In this document: positions 23,817-36,765 of the stretch, one piece after another
Layout: the number at the start of each line of letters is the position of its first letter
How positions within the stretch are numbered: position 1 is the first letter of the stretch
Assembly (NCBI RefSeq): GCF_035594765.1
Contig: NC_085842.1
Span: forward strand, 8,679,256 to 8,743,255
Source: Anolis carolinensis
Taxonomy: Eukaryota
Length of the DNA: 64,000 nt
Reading direction: 5' to 3'
Program-made: the position numbers and the translations under genes
Notes under the pieces: model-generated
What the model was told of the DNA's origin: nothing
Seen by the model: only the letters and a program-made list of their open reading frames with translations
Database searches by the model: none

Positions 23817-25120
23817 TAACTTTATTTTTATACCCCGCCCCAGCTCCCCAAAGGGACTCGGGGCGGCTTACATGGGGCCTGGCCCGATAAAACAAACAAA
23901 TAACAGTAACAAAGCAATAAAACAATTATCCCAGTAAAAAACATCAACATCAATTAAAACAATCATTAAAATCAACAAGCAGGATACAGTGTTAAAAACA
24001 GGAGACTAATGCTGTTAGATGGTCTTATTGTCTATATTGGTTTTAATGTATGACTGTTTATTGTATGTGACATTGGGCTTGTTCCTCATGTGCGCCGCCC
24101 CGAGTCCCCATGGGGGAGATGGGAGCGGGATATAAAAATAAAGTTATTATTATGACAGGTCCCGCCTCAGTGACAATCACTGTATCTGACGCATTTTATT
24201 CTGCTCCATCAGTTGGAAATAATTTCACCGTTTATCCCGCCCCAAGTCTCCCATTAAATGCAGCACTTTACCCATCTTCCTCACCCATTGGGTTTACAAT
24301 ATACACTCCTCGCCCTTTGGCCCAGTTCCTCCTGTTTGATCCTTGATCTGTTTTTTGAATTATGTTCTACTATGCCATTTTTACTCTCTTACTATTTTAC
24401 TATGTTACTGTGTATAATTGTGTTTTTATCTTGATTTTATCTTTTTACTTATTGATGATGCATGCTGTGCATGTATTTTATTTTGTTTTATTGTCATTAC
24501 CTGGGCTTGGCCCCATGTTAGCCGGCCCGAGTCCCTTTGGGGAGATGGAGGTGGGGTAAAAAATAAAGTTGTTGTTGTTGTTGTTATGGTTGGGTAATGG
24601 AGCTGAAGAAGCAGGAGGGGAAATTCAGCACAGAAGAGGAAAAAGGGCTGCACAGGGATATCCTAAGCTAATATAATGGGGCCGAAGAGGCAGGAGAGAA
24701 AATGCAGTAAGTACTTAGGCAGCAGAGGAACATCTGGCTCTTCCAAAGGGATCCCAGTCTCTTTGGGCAAATCAAGGATCAGAGGAGGCAGGGGAGGAAA
24801 CGCAACACAGAAGTTAAAACTTTTTGGGGATTTATTGTAAATGTTGACCCAGCTCGTGTCCATTGCGAATTGTAATTGTGTTAATTTCTTCTGACCACTA
24901 CTAGAGTCATTACAGAAATGTGTCCCAATTATTTTATTCTATAAATTAAATTTCTCACTTGTCACTTTGAGTGGTTTTGTAAGTATATCCCGATGTATGT
25001 GATTTTTATTATCTGAATAGTGTTTATGTTCTATTTCTCAGGCATTGGACGTTTGGTGATTTTTTGTTGCTCACCACCCCGAGTCCCTTTTGGGAGATAG
25101 AGCGGGATAGAAAAAGGTTT
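23817..25120. mobile_element. Cluster of short L2-like 3' tails in both orientations
   Basis: Repeated CCCCGAGTCCC..GGGAGAT..GGG(G)TATAAAAATAAAG(TTA)n motifs at ~23817-24010 (-), ~24020-24152 (+), ~24350-24590 (+) and ~24870-25120 (+). Confidence 0.7.
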
Positions 25121-25222
25121 GGTCTAGGTCAAGTAGAATCATAGAATCATAGAATAGTAGAGTTGGAAGAGACCTCAAGGGCCATCTAGTCCAACCCCCC
25201 GCTAAGAAGCAGGAAATCGCAT

Positions 25223-27962
25223 TCAAAGCACCCCCGACAGATGGCCATCCAGCCTCTGCTTAAAAGCCTCCAAGGAAGGAGCCTCCACCACGGCCCGGGG
25301 GAGAGAGTTCCACTGCCGAACAGCCCTCACAGTGAGGAAGTTCTTCCTGATGTTCAGGTGGAATCTCCTTTCCTGTAGTTTGAAGCCATTGTTCCGTGTC
25401 CTAGTCTGCAGGGCAGCAGAAAATAAGCTTGCTCCCTCCTCCCTATGACTTCCCCTCACATATTTGTACATGGCTATCATGTCTCCTCTCAGCCTTCTCT
25501 TCTGCAGGCTAAACATGCCCAGCTCTTTAAGCCTCTCCTCATAGGGCTTGTTCTCCAGACCCTTAATCATTTTAGTTGCCCTCCTCTGGACGCTTTCCAG
25601 CTTGTCAACATCTCCCTTCATCTGCGGTGCCCAAAACTAGACACAGTATTCCAGGTGTGGTCTGACCAAGGCAGAATAGAGGGGGAGCATGACTTCCCTG
25701 GATCTAGACGTTATTCCCCTATTGATGCAGGCCAAAATCCCATTGGCTTTTTTAGCTGCCGCATCACATTGTAGGCTCATGTTTAACTTGTTGTCCACGA
25801 GGACTCCAAGATCTTTTTCGCACACACTGCTGTCAAGCCAGGCGTCCCCCATTCTGTATCTTTGATTTCCATTTTTTCTGCCGAAGTGAAGTATCTTGCA
25901 TTTGTCCCTGTTGAACTTCATTTTGTTAGTTTCGGCCCATCTCTCTAGTCTGTCAAGATCGTTTTGAATTCTGCTCCTGTCTTCTGGAGTGTTAGCTATC
26001 CCTCCGAGTTTGGTGTCATCTGCAAACTTGATGATCGTGCCTTCTAACCCTTCGTCTAAGTCGTTAATAAAGATGTTGAACAGAACCGGGCCCAGGACGG
26101 AGCCCTGCGGCACTCCACTTGTCACTTCTTTCCATGATGAAGACGACGCATTGGTGAGAATCACCCTTTGGGTTCGTTCGCTTAGCCAATTACAGATCCA
26201 CCTAACCGTAGTTTTGTCTAGCCCACATTTTACTAGTTTGTTTGCCAGAAGGTCGTGGGGGACTTTGTCGAAGGCCTTACTGAAATCTAGATATGCTACA
26301 TCCACGGCATTCCCTGTATCGACCCAACTCGTAACTCTATCGAAAAAAGAGATCAGATTAGTCTGGCATGACTTGTTTTTGGTAAATCCGTGTTGACTAT
26401 TAGCAATGACCGCATTTGTTTCTAAGTGTTTGCAGACCACTTCCTTAATGATCTTTTCCAGAATCTTGCCTGGTATTGATGTGAGGCTGACCGGACGGTA
26501 ATTGTTTGGGTCGTTCTTTTTTCCCTTCTTGAAGATAGGGACCACATTCGCCCTCCTCCAATCTGCTGGGACTTCTCCTGTTCTCCAAGAACTCTCGAAG
26601 ATGATTGCCAGTGGTTCTGAAATAACTTCCGCTAGTTCCTTCAATACTCTTGGATGTAGCTGATCTGGCCCTGGGGACTTGAATTCGTTTAGAGTGGCCA
26701 GGTGTTCCTGGACAACTTGTTTCCCTATTTGGGGTTGGATTTCCCCCAATCCTTCGTCCATTCCATGTTGCTGAGGTTGAAGATGGCTTTCTTTTTGTGA
26801 GAAGACCGAGGCAAAGAAGGCATTAAGCAGTTCTGCCTTTTCCCTATCCCCTGTCACCATCACCCCATCTACTCCTTGCAGTGGCCCTATCGCCTCCTTT
26901 TTCTTCCTTTTTCTACCAACATAAGCAAAAAAAACCTTTTTTGTTGTTTTTTATGTCCCTGGCAAGCCTGAGCTCATTTTGCGCTTTAGCCTTGCGAACC
27001 TTTTCCCTACAGGAGTTGGCTATACGTTTGAATTCTTCTTTGGTGATTTCTCCCCTTTTCCACTTCTTGTGCATGTCACTTTTGAGCTTTAGCTCAGTTA
27101 GAAGTTCTTTGGACATCCATTCTGGCTTCTTTGCACTTGTCTTATTTTTCTTCTTTGTTGGCACTGTTTGCATTTGCGCCTTGAGTATTTCACTTTTGAA
27201 AAACTCCCATCCATCCTTAACTCCCTTGTTTTTTAATATCGGCGTCCATGGAATGCCGCTCAGTAATTCCATCATTTTTTGGAAGTCAGCTCTCTTAAAG
27301 TCCAGAATGCGTGTTTGACTTGTCTTAGTTTCAGCATTCCTTTGTATTGCAAACTGCAGGAGCACATGGTCACTTGCCCCTAAGGATCCAACCACTTCAA
27401 CTGTATTGATCAGGTCTTCCACATTTGTTAAGATTAGATCAAGAGTTGCTGATCCCCTTGTTGCCTCTTCTACCTTCTGGACCATAAAATTATCTGCAAG
27501 GCAAGTGAGGAATTTGTTGGACTTTGTACTCTTGGCTGAGTTTGTTTTCCAGCAGATATCGGGATAATTGAAATCGCCCATGACTACTATATCTCTTCTT
27601 TGTGCCTGTTTGGTCAGCTGTTGACAGAAGGCTTCATCAAGTCCTTCATCCTGACTCGGAGGTCTGTAGTAGACACCCACGACAAGATCTTTTTGAGTCC
27701 CGGTTCCCTTGATTCTTATCCAGATGCTTTCAAGCTGGTTTCCCGGATTACAGTCTTGCATTTCTTCTGCAACGTAACTGTTTTTGACATATAAAGCTAC
27801 TCCCCCTCCTCTCCCCTTTGTTCTATTTATGTGAAAGAGGTTATAGCCCTCAATGGTTAAATTCCAGTGATGGGAGTCATCCCACCAGGTTTCAGTGATG
27901 CCTATGACATCGTATGTGTGGTGCTGTGCTAGGAGTTGGAGTTCGTCTTGCTTATTTCCCAT
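25223..27962 (-). pseudogene. CR1 ORF2 (APE + RT) in three pieces
   Basis: ITETWW, GDFNYP, SDH; [26 protein letters not shown]; split by one frameshift and one stop. Confidence 0.92.
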
Positions 27963-28153
27963 GCTCTGAGCATTAGTGTAAAGACATGTAAGCCCCTGTG
28001 ACCTCCCCTCGAACTGTTTATTTGGGATTATTGTGCTCTCTGTACTTGGTCCTTGCTGTGTTTGTGCAGCCCTCCGTTTAGCCTTACGGCGGTTCCCTGT
28101 GGTCGTGGGTAATATAGTGTTCGCCAGGCTGTTGTTCCCCTCCCCCAGTGGAT

Positions 28154-29425
28154 TTAGTTTAAAGTGCGCCTGATGAGGTTTGTGAGTCTGTGTGCAAAAA
28201 GATGTTTTCCTACTTGTGTGAGATGCACCCCATCGCTTGCCAGTAGTCCATCCTCTTGGAAGAGTAGACCATGGTCAAGGAAGCCAAAATGCTCCTCTTG
28301 ACACCATTTTCTGAGCCAGTTATTGACCTGTACTATTTTTCCGGCCCTTGTAGAGCCATGTCCTACAACGGGGAGGAGGGATGAAAAGATCACATGTACA
28401 TTATACAGTTTTAGCTTTGTTCCCAGAGCTCGAAAATCATTTGTGATCTTTTGAAAAGTATGCCTAGCGGTGTCATTGGTACCTACATGAATCAACATAA
28501 GGTGGGGAGGGTGATGGGGCTTTAGGAGCCTGCTGAGCCTCTGAGTGATATGGTGTATTTTTGCCCCCGGGAGGCAGCATGTTTCTCGAGCCATCCCATC
28601 CGGTCTGGAAATGATGGCTTCCGTTCCTCTAAGGAGGGAGTCACCTACTACCAAGACCTGTTTCCTTTGAGGATTGACAGGGTCCCTTTTGTGCAAGACA
28701 GTGTGTATGTCCCCTGAAGAGTGTTCCTGTTGAAGTGAATCATGTAGGTGTAAAGTGTTGTCCTCCTCCTCAACATCCCCAGTGCATTCATCAATGACAA
28801 TCCATTGAGATACATCCGAGAGCCCATTACTCTCCCAAGGATGTTCCTGTTGCTCCTGGTCTATGATTGGGGGTGGAGCATTTGCATGATTACATAAGTG
28901 TGACTGTGGTGATGCACTGTCCCTGTCAGGGCTATCCCCTGCGCATTGATCCAGGATGGTCCACTGAGTGGTATCTAAGAAACTGTGGTCCTCCACAAGA
29001 TGTGTTTCCTGATTGTATGTTAATGATGTAAGAATTTCAAATCTGTTGTGTAAATGCAGCTGAGCAGAGGAGTTCTGTGGAGGCTGCCTGGTCCTGCGTC
29101 TCCTTCTATGGGTGACCTCCTTCCAAGCCTGAGGGTTGTCTACCTTTGAGTTGATCTCCCCATAAGGTTCCTGATCATGGTCTTGGTGGTGTTGGTGTGA
29201 TGCAGGCTGCTGATCTACAGCAGCGTGTTGTGCAGTGTCCAAGAAGAGCTCGAGTGCCTGAATGTCCTTAAGGGTCTTAATACGGTGCTCGAGCTGTTGG
29301 ATCCTCTGCTCCATCAGAGTCATCTGTTTGCATTTGGAGCAGATGTAGTTGTCTAGTTTTTGTGTGAAAAAGCGGAACATGCCACAGCTGGTGCATGTGA
29401 TGGGAATGTTTTGCTTTTGTTGCAT
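28154..29425 (-). CDS. CR1 ORF1p (Cys4 motif, coiled coil, SGNH esterase), 423 aa
   Basis: CTSC..CSKC; VVGDSLL, HVGTND and DGVH esterase blocks. Confidence 0.9.
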   Translation of the reverse strand: MQQKQNIPITCTSCGMFRFFTQKLDNYICSKCKQMTLMEQRIQQLEHRIKTLKDIQALELFLDTAQHAAVDQQPASHQHHQDHDQEPYGEINSKVDNPQAWKEVTHRRRRRTRQPPQNSSAQLHLHNRFEILTSLTYNQETHLVEDHSFLDTTQWTILDQCAGDSPDRDSASPQSHLCNHANAPPPIIDQEQQEHPWESNGLSDVSQWIVIDECTGDVEEEDNTLHLHDSLQQEHSSGDIHTVLHKRDPVNPQRKQVLVVGDSLLRGTEAIISRPDGMARETCCLPGAKIHHITQRLSRLLKPHHPPHLMLIHVGTNDTARHTFQKITNDFRALGTKLKLYNVHVIFSSLLPVVGHGSTRAGKIVQVNNWLRKWCQEEHFGFLDHGLLFQEDGLLASDGVHLTQVGKHLFAHRLTNLIRRTLN

Positions 29426-30026
29426 CTCTTGGTGAGCGTGGTGGCCAAGTGGGATCTTTGTACAGTTAAGTAATATGCACGCACTTTATGTGCAGACTGC
29501 AACAAACCACGTCTTTGTGTATTTGTTTATGTTGCTTTGTTTCCTGTATGTACTGCAAAGGATAGTTAGTAAAGGTGCCTTTTTCTTCTGCGAGAACCAA
29601 CTGCCCTTCTGGGATCAGGCTCTGGCAGAAACTCACACTGGCAAATAAAGCTTTCCCAGAAACTCAATTAACAGGGGACAATGCCTGCTGTCAATCAACT
29701 TAAGTACCTGGCTCTCTTTCAACACAACAGTCACACAACAGTTAGACTTTGACCACAGGAGCCAAGCCCAAACTCAGTTTAAAATCTTAGCCAAATCTTA
29801 GCCAAATCCTACCTGAAGCCAGGGAGCAAAAATGTCCTCCTGCTTCCTCTGCTTCTGCGAGAACCAACTGCCCTTCTGGGATCAGGAGGACAGGGTTTGC
29901 TGTGAGTCTGCCCCAGAAGCAAGCAGACATGGCTGAAGGTTGATCCATAAAGGAATGAGGAGAGTAAAGAACGACAGAGCTGGTTGAAGATGAAAAGCCC
30001 CTCCCACGCCATGCGTTCTCCCTGGA

Positions 30027-30350
30027 CTTCCTTCGTCGTCTCATGGACCAGTCCAGGCCAGAGCTCCCCGTCAGCTGTCACCGCCCCCAGTTCCTTCAAG
30101 GTCAACCCAGTCCCTTCAAGGATACTGTCCATCCATCTCGCCCTTGGTCGTCCTCTCTTCCTTTTTCCTTCCATTTTCCCCAGCATCGTGATCTTTTCCA
30201 AGCTTTCCTGTCTCCTCATGATGTGGCCAAAATACTTCAACTTTGCCTGTAATATCCTTCCCTCCAGTGAGCAGCCATTGGGCATTATTTCCTGGAGGAT
30301 GGACTGGTTGGATCTTCTTGCCAAGGTCCAAGGCACTCTCAGGATTTTCC
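30027..30350 (-). mobile_element. RTE/BovB 3' ORF fragment
   Basis: PWT.RRSNQSILQEI..LKYFGHIMRRQESLEK..MLGK.EGKRKRGRPRARWMD. Confidence 0.85.
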
Positions 30351-30433
30351 TCCCTTTAAAGGGCTTCTTTGGAGTCTGACACTTGGCAGAACTTGTGACC
30401 CTCGCTAGGAATAGTGGTGTCCCTCAGGGAGTA

Positions 30434-31433
30434 CAATAGAGTCTCACTTATCCAACATAAACAGGCCGGCAGAATGTTGGATAAGCGAATATCTTGGATC
30501 ATAAGGAAGGATGAAGGAAAAGCCTATTAAACATCAAATTAGGTTATGATTTTACAAATGAAGCGCCAAAACATCATGTTAGACAACAAATTTGGCAGAA
30601 AAAGTAGTTCAATATGTAGTAATTCAAAGTGCTGGTGATCACCTATAAAGCTCGGAACAGTTTGGGACCCATCTACCTTGGGGATCGTCTCTCCCCCTAC
30701 GAACCTGTACGGTCTCTTTGGTCATTGGGGGAGGCCCTCCTCTCGCTCCCGCCAGCGTCACAAGCGCGGTTGGTGGGGACGAGGGCCCCCCGGTTATGGA
30801 ATTCGCTGCCTGGGGAGATCAGGCAAGCCCCCACCTTAATGGCATTTCGGAAGAGTCTGAAAACCTGGCTTTTCACCCAGGCCTTTGGTTAAGATCAGCT
30901 TTTTCCATCACAATTATTATGCCCCTCGACCTTTTGCACTGGTCGCTCTTCCCGATTCCTGATTGCTTGATATTATTCAGGACTCCTCCCTACCGTACCT
31001 AATGTGACCTTAAATGATTCTAATACACTTTATCTATTTACGAATTGGCTACCCATAATGTGCACCTTGCTTATCCACTATTGCAACCTCATTGTTTTTA
31101 ATTTGATGTTTTAATTCTGTGTTGTATTTTTAACCTATTGTGTATATATTTTTTTATTGGTTTTTGTTTTTGTCTTTTGATGTTTTATATTTTATCATTG
31201 CTTGTATTTTGATTTTGCTGTAAGCCGCCCCGAGTCCCCATTGGGGGAGATGGAGGCGGGATATAAATAAACTTATTATTATTATTATCATTATTATAAT
31301 GCTATGTAGTAATTACTGTATTTACGAATTTAGCAACAAAATATCAAGATGTATTGAAAACATTGACTACAAAAATGCGTTGGATAATCCCGAACGTTGG
31401 ATAAGCGAGTGTTGGATAAGTGAGACTCTGCTG
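30434..31433. mobile_element. Tc1/mariner MITE split by an L2 3' fragment (~30624-31297, +)
   Basis: TIR halves at 30434 and 31433 with TA flanks; L2 peptide PRLWNSLPGEIRQAPTL..F and a (TTA)n tail lie between them. Confidence 0.82.
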
Positions 31434-32099
31434 TATTTCGGAGCTTCCCTTCTGCCTTCATCACGTGAGCACCTGAGGCGATGTGCCTGCGGGGACTCCT
31501 CTCATCCGGTTCAAGGCAGAGCGTGTGTGTGTGTGTGGGGGGGGGGGGGAGATCCTGGGAGAGGGGGAGGGGCAGGTCCCACAGGCGGAGGGGTCTCTGG
31601 AGTTCCGAACGGGGAAGAACGGGTCTGATTTTATGTTTGAAATGTATATTTTTAATTCATAATGTATTTCAATAGTTTAACTGTCTCATGTGCTGTTTTA
31701 TATTGGTTTTTATGGGCATCTAATGGTTGCCACTGAGGTAAGCTGCTCTGAGTCCCGTCGGGTGAGAAGGGCGGGATTACTATTATTATTATTATTTATT
31801 AAACTTTATTTGTACCCCGCTAGCATCTCCCAAAGGCCTCGATGCGGCTTACAAAGGCCAAGGCCTCAACACACAATATAACAATACAAAACAAAAAGCA
31901 AATTAAAAACAGTATAAACCACAAGCAATAACAATACGCTAGAACACAATAAAACTGGGCCGGGCCAGAGTAATGGGTACAAGATTAAAAGTGCTGATGT
32001 GACAGGTGATATATAAGGCTTACAGGGCATATCAGGGATATAAAGGTGAGAAATAAATAATAAATAAATAAGGGTCAGTCCCACGAGGCCAAGACGTGG

Positions 32100-33108
32100 C
32101 TCCCAGGGCTTTCCTTGCAGAGTGTGCCGGGCCCTCCCTCCCTCCCTCCCTCCTCTCTCTCAGAGAGCACAGAGTCCACACAGAGACCCGCGTCTGCACT
32201 GCGCTCTAACCCGGTTCAAGGCGGCTGGTTTGGGTTTCCTCTGGCAGTGAAGGAAGGAATGAGAGAGGGAGGGAGGCGCATGCGCAGTGGCGCCGCCACG
32301 GGCCCAGAGGGCAGAGCAGGCCGCAGCCTCACCAGGGCAGACCGGGCCCCGACCGGGAGGGAGGCAGGCCCGTGAGCAGAGGCAGAGCCCGGGCGGAGGG
32401 CAAGGCGCGGGGGGCAAACTCGGAGACCCACACAGCCCCCCACTCGCACTCGCACTCGCACTCACCCTCTCCTCAGCTTTCTTCTTCTCTCTCCGAAAGG
32501 CCTTTCCTTCCTCCTCCGGAAGTGAGCTCACAGGGAAAGGCGCCGGCCCGTCTCCGCTCTAGGAAAGGCCTCCTTTTCTCGGTGGACTTCCGCCCGGGCC
32601 TAACATGGCAGCCGCGGGCAGGATGCCCATAGAGGGGCGGGGCTTCTCGGCAGTTGAACGGAGCCCGACACAGACAGACAGAGAGAGACGCTCCTCCGTT
32701 CTTTGCCGCAAAACGTCCAATGGGAATCCGCCTCCCTCCCTGACGTCATCAGTCTCCGGGCAGAATCTCCCCCGGCCCTTTCCTTCCCCGTTCGGTCATT
32801 AACGGTCATTCCCGGGACCCGCCCATGGGGATCGGCCCCCGCTCGAGGAAGCGGGAAAGGGAGGGCCAGGCCAGGAAGGAAGGAAGGAAGGATTGAGGGG
32901 TCGTGTCGGGGAAGCAGCCTCCTCCGGCCTCCTCCAGACGGTGTTTCCCTGCTGCCTAATGTGTCGCTTCAGAACCTGAAGTGTAGCTCTGACGGGATTG
33001 GGAGTTTCCTCCTCTCCCTAGACCCAGAGACGTGGGCGGGGTCACGTGAGTGGCCGAGGGACCGTTGGGAAGGCCGAGGCCTCATCCGGGTGAAGGAAGG
33101 GCGCTGAG
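32100..33108. promoter_or_regulatory. CpG-island bidirectional promoter between B1 and A2, with divergent non-coding first exons
   Basis: NRF1 GCGCATGCGCA 32276, ETS CCGGAAGT 32516, GC box 32634, CCAAT 32717, CRE TGACGTCA 32741, E-box GTCACGTG 33041; minus donor AGG|GTGAGT at 32465 and plus donor GAG|GTAAGA at 33109. Confidence 0.72.
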
Positions 33109-33427
33109 GTAAGAAGACAATAGACTGTACATACAGATAATAATACATAATAATGTTGTAATAGGCAAAAGGTCAAGGTTTTCCCCTCATACCAATATTG
33201 TGCTATGCTAATAATATAATAGACTGTATATGCTTATAATAATACATAATAATGTTGTAATAGGCCTCCCAAAGTCTCTTTGTGTAATTCTGCCTTTCTT
33301 TCACAGAGGATTTTTGGCTGAGAATTTCGGAGTAGAGCCTGTGGAGGGATTTCCTTCCCTTGAAAGAAATAAGAGGAAGGAAAAGCATCTTGGATACGGT
33401 TGGGTTCTTCACCAGAGTGGTTCCAGC

Positions 33428-33817
33428 ATGGAGAGACCCAACTCACGTGGGCCTGAAGCAGGACCTGGGGGCAGTGGGGAATCCTGGGAAAGAACCAGAC
33501 ATGAGTCCCTGAGTGTGGACCTTGACAGCTCGGACACACAGCGCCAGCGCTTCAGGCAGTCCTCCTACCAAGAGGGTGAAGGACCCAGAGGGGTTTGCAG
33601 TCGTCTCCACGATCTGTGCCGCCAGTGGCTGAAGCCAGAGCAGCACACCAAGGCCGAGGTGCTGGACCTGGTGACCCTGGAGCAGTTCCTGAGCATCCTG
33701 CCCCCAGAGATGGGGAGCTGGGTCCGAGAGTGTGGGGCAGAGACCTGTTCCCAGGCGGTGGCCCTGGCGGAAGGCTTCCTCCTGAGTCGGGCCGAGGACA
33801 AGGAGCAGGAAGGACAG
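33428..33817 (+). CDS. A2 SCAN exon
   Basis: Nearly identical to 328-717. Confidence 0.93.
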
Positions 33818-36713
33818 GTGAGAGCATTCCCTCTGGGTTTCACTAACCTGGGGACTGATGGACAGGTTGAACGTACATCCTGCCTTTCTTCCGAGATGGG
33901 ACCGATGTGGGGGATAAGCAAGGCCCTGCTCCCTCGACCTCTCTCCCCACCTGCTCTGCCCCTCCATCTCTACCCTCAGCTTGGTTGATGCTCTGCTCAA
34001 GATAGAACATAGACAATGATGGGAGGGGGGGGGGCATTGGTTCCAAACTAGGTTGCCATCTCAGAGTTATTCTTTCCAAAAAGGTCTAGAGGTCTGTGAT
34101 ATTTCTGAACTTTTCCCAAACTCCTTCTGGAATGCTCTGTGCTCTTCCAGGCCCATAACAATAACTCCATGGAAGTCCCTGCACCAGAGGAATCTCCACC
34201 AGACACCACCCAGAGTCTCAGGCAGAAGGAGCTGAAGCGGGAAGGAGACGGGGCTGCCGCCTTGCAGGGTGAGAAGGGACTCTTCAGGGAGTTTTGGGGG
34301 TTTGTGCCAGTGGAAATCCCACTTTGGGGGGATGATTGCACACCCACAGTTTGAGCTTCAGAAGGTGAAGGATCATTTGGCCTTGAGATGGGTATATATC
34401 TTAAACTCATGTCCTTTGTGTGATCTTTTATGGACTTCAATATGAATTTTATAGAAATGCAGTTTTAATGTGGATCTTTTATAGAAATGTGGATCTTTGT
34501 TGAATTTTGGCAATGTTTGTGTTTTTAAAATTGTGTTGTAACCTGCCTAGAACTGCAAGAAGAGGCGAGTAAAAAAATAAAATTATTATTATCATTGTTA
34601 TTGTTATTTATGTGACCAGCTTTCCACCCCTTGCTCTCTCTCCAGGGTCTGGAATGATGCTGTTGCCGAATCCTCAGCCGTTTCTCCCCCTTTGCGATGG
34701 AGTGGGACTGAGTCAGGTAAGCAGAAGGATTCCTGGGAGCAGAGGACTGGGCCTGCCGGGGTGCCTTTGGTTCCAGGATTAATTGTAAAATATCTGTTGA
34801 AACAGGCAAGATGGAATGTGTTTCCTTAGAAGTGAAATACTGACGGCACAATTGCAAACAGCACCAACAAGGAGGGAAAAAAATATAGAGAAAACTAAAG
34901 AAACCAGAATGGATGTTCAAAGAACTTTCAACGGAGCTAAGATTGAAGAGGGGCGTGTACAAGAAATGGAAAGGAGGGGGGATCACCAAAGAATGTAAAC
35001 GACTAACCAGCATAAATAGGGAAAAGGTCTAACGATCTAAATCAGAAAATGAGGTTAGAAGAGAAAATGAGCCAAGAGTAGGGTCTGTGCCTGGAGAAGG
35101 TGGTGAGATGCTAACCAGGGATAGGGAAGAGTTAGAACATGGCCTCAGTCTTCTCCCAAAGGGAAATGGGTATTCTGCCTGAGCAAGATGGAGCAACTGG
35201 GGAAATGCAACCCAAAATAGGTAAAGAAGGAGTCTAGGAATACCTGGCCACTCTCAATGAATCCCAGTCTCCAGGGCCAGGTGAACTACACCCAAGAGTA
35301 TTGAACTAACAGCAGTAATCCCAGAACCACTGGCAATCCTCTTTGTTCATTTTTGGGAACAGGAGAAGTCCCAGCCGGGTGGAGGAGGCAAAGGTTGTCT
35401 CTATCTCCAAGAATGGACCAAAAAGAGGTCCCCTAACAATGACCATCCAGTTATCTTGACCTGTCCCATAAGCAGTTGGAGCAGCTGTTTAGACTCTTGA
35501 ATTTTTATAAGGAGGAGATCGTTTGATGTGGATCAATAATCGTTATAGAGGAAGCATTTCTGTTTGTTTGCTATTATGCACTCGTTATCAAACCAGTTTT
35601 TGGGTCTGACCCTGGGATGCCTCGGCATTATTTGCCAATCGTATAGTTTTTAAAAGATAGATTTTATAAGGGATTCAAACCCGGTGATGCCTCCTCGAAA
35701 TCTGGGATTTCAATGATCGTAGTTTCTATGGACAACACTTCCTAAGAGTTCAAGATATCTAGGCACACCCCCTTCATCTTAAGGTTCCGCTTCAGCCTAG
35801 TGCATTGTGGGTAGGTTTCTCCAGGTGGGGAAGAGCTTCTCTCCAAAACCAGGGGAAGTGGGAGATAGATGATCACTAAGCAAGGAATTGTCTATAGCAA
35901 ATGAATCAATGTCGCTAGCTATGGAGGGTGAAGTCAGAAGATAGTCTATGACACTAGAGCCCCTTGGTGAGACCAATGTATATTCTCCAGAGTCAGGAAA
36001 TTGAGTTAGTCCATTTAGCCGGGACAGGTTGAGCTGCGTGGCCATTTTGGTCAGGCACGTTTCGGCTTGGTTGCACGCTTGGTCCTTAGAGTGTCGGGCT
36101 TCTGGTGTCAGGAGAGAGTTGAAGGGATCTTCCTCCAGGCCCTCTTCTCTCAACACATTTACCAAACTAGATCCTACCCTTGCATTGAAGTCGCCCGTTA
36201 TCTTGACCTAAATAGCAGGGAAGATGTTGGAGCAGATCATGAAGAAGGCCGTCTGGAATCACTGAAGGGCAAGATGGGTTTCTCCAAAACAAGTCATGTC
36301 AGACTAATCTGTTTTTGAATTGAGTTCCAAGCTTGGGAGATGAAGGAAATGCAGTGGATGTAGCACATCTTGCTTTCAGCAAGACCTTTGGAAAGTAATG
36401 TAAATCTGCTTTAAAGAATTTCTTGTTTTTTTTTGATAGCTCTCACGTGTGAAGGGATTTTTTTTTCTTCTTCCGCCAGGGCCCAATCGCCTTTGAGGAC
36501 GTGGCTGTGGATTTCTCCCTGGAGGAGTGGGTTCTCCTGAATCCTGACCAGAAAGCCTTGCACAAGCAGGTCATGGAGGAGATGAATGGGATTGTGGACT
36601 CTCTTGGTAAGGCTCCCTCACTGATGGGATTTCTGTTTCAAAAGGCAGTATTAGCCTAAATCATCACAGTCACCGAGGGTCCGCAAGGCAGGGCTTATGT
36701 TAGAAATATATGA

Positions 36714-36765
<52 letters not shown>

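Larger units (their letters stand above)
25134..29886 (-). mobile_element. Full-length young CR1 LINE copy 1; ORF1 intact, ORF2 broken
   Basis: (ATTCTATG)n tail and 5' monomer; ORF2 has a +1 T at 26927-26934 and a TAG nonsense at 25637-25639 relative to copy 2. Confidence 0.95.

Noticed and set aside
32115-33107. ORFs in the CpG island
   Set aside because: Low-complexity GC-rich frames in a promoter/5'UTR; the ATG at 33428 conserved with A1 is the better start.
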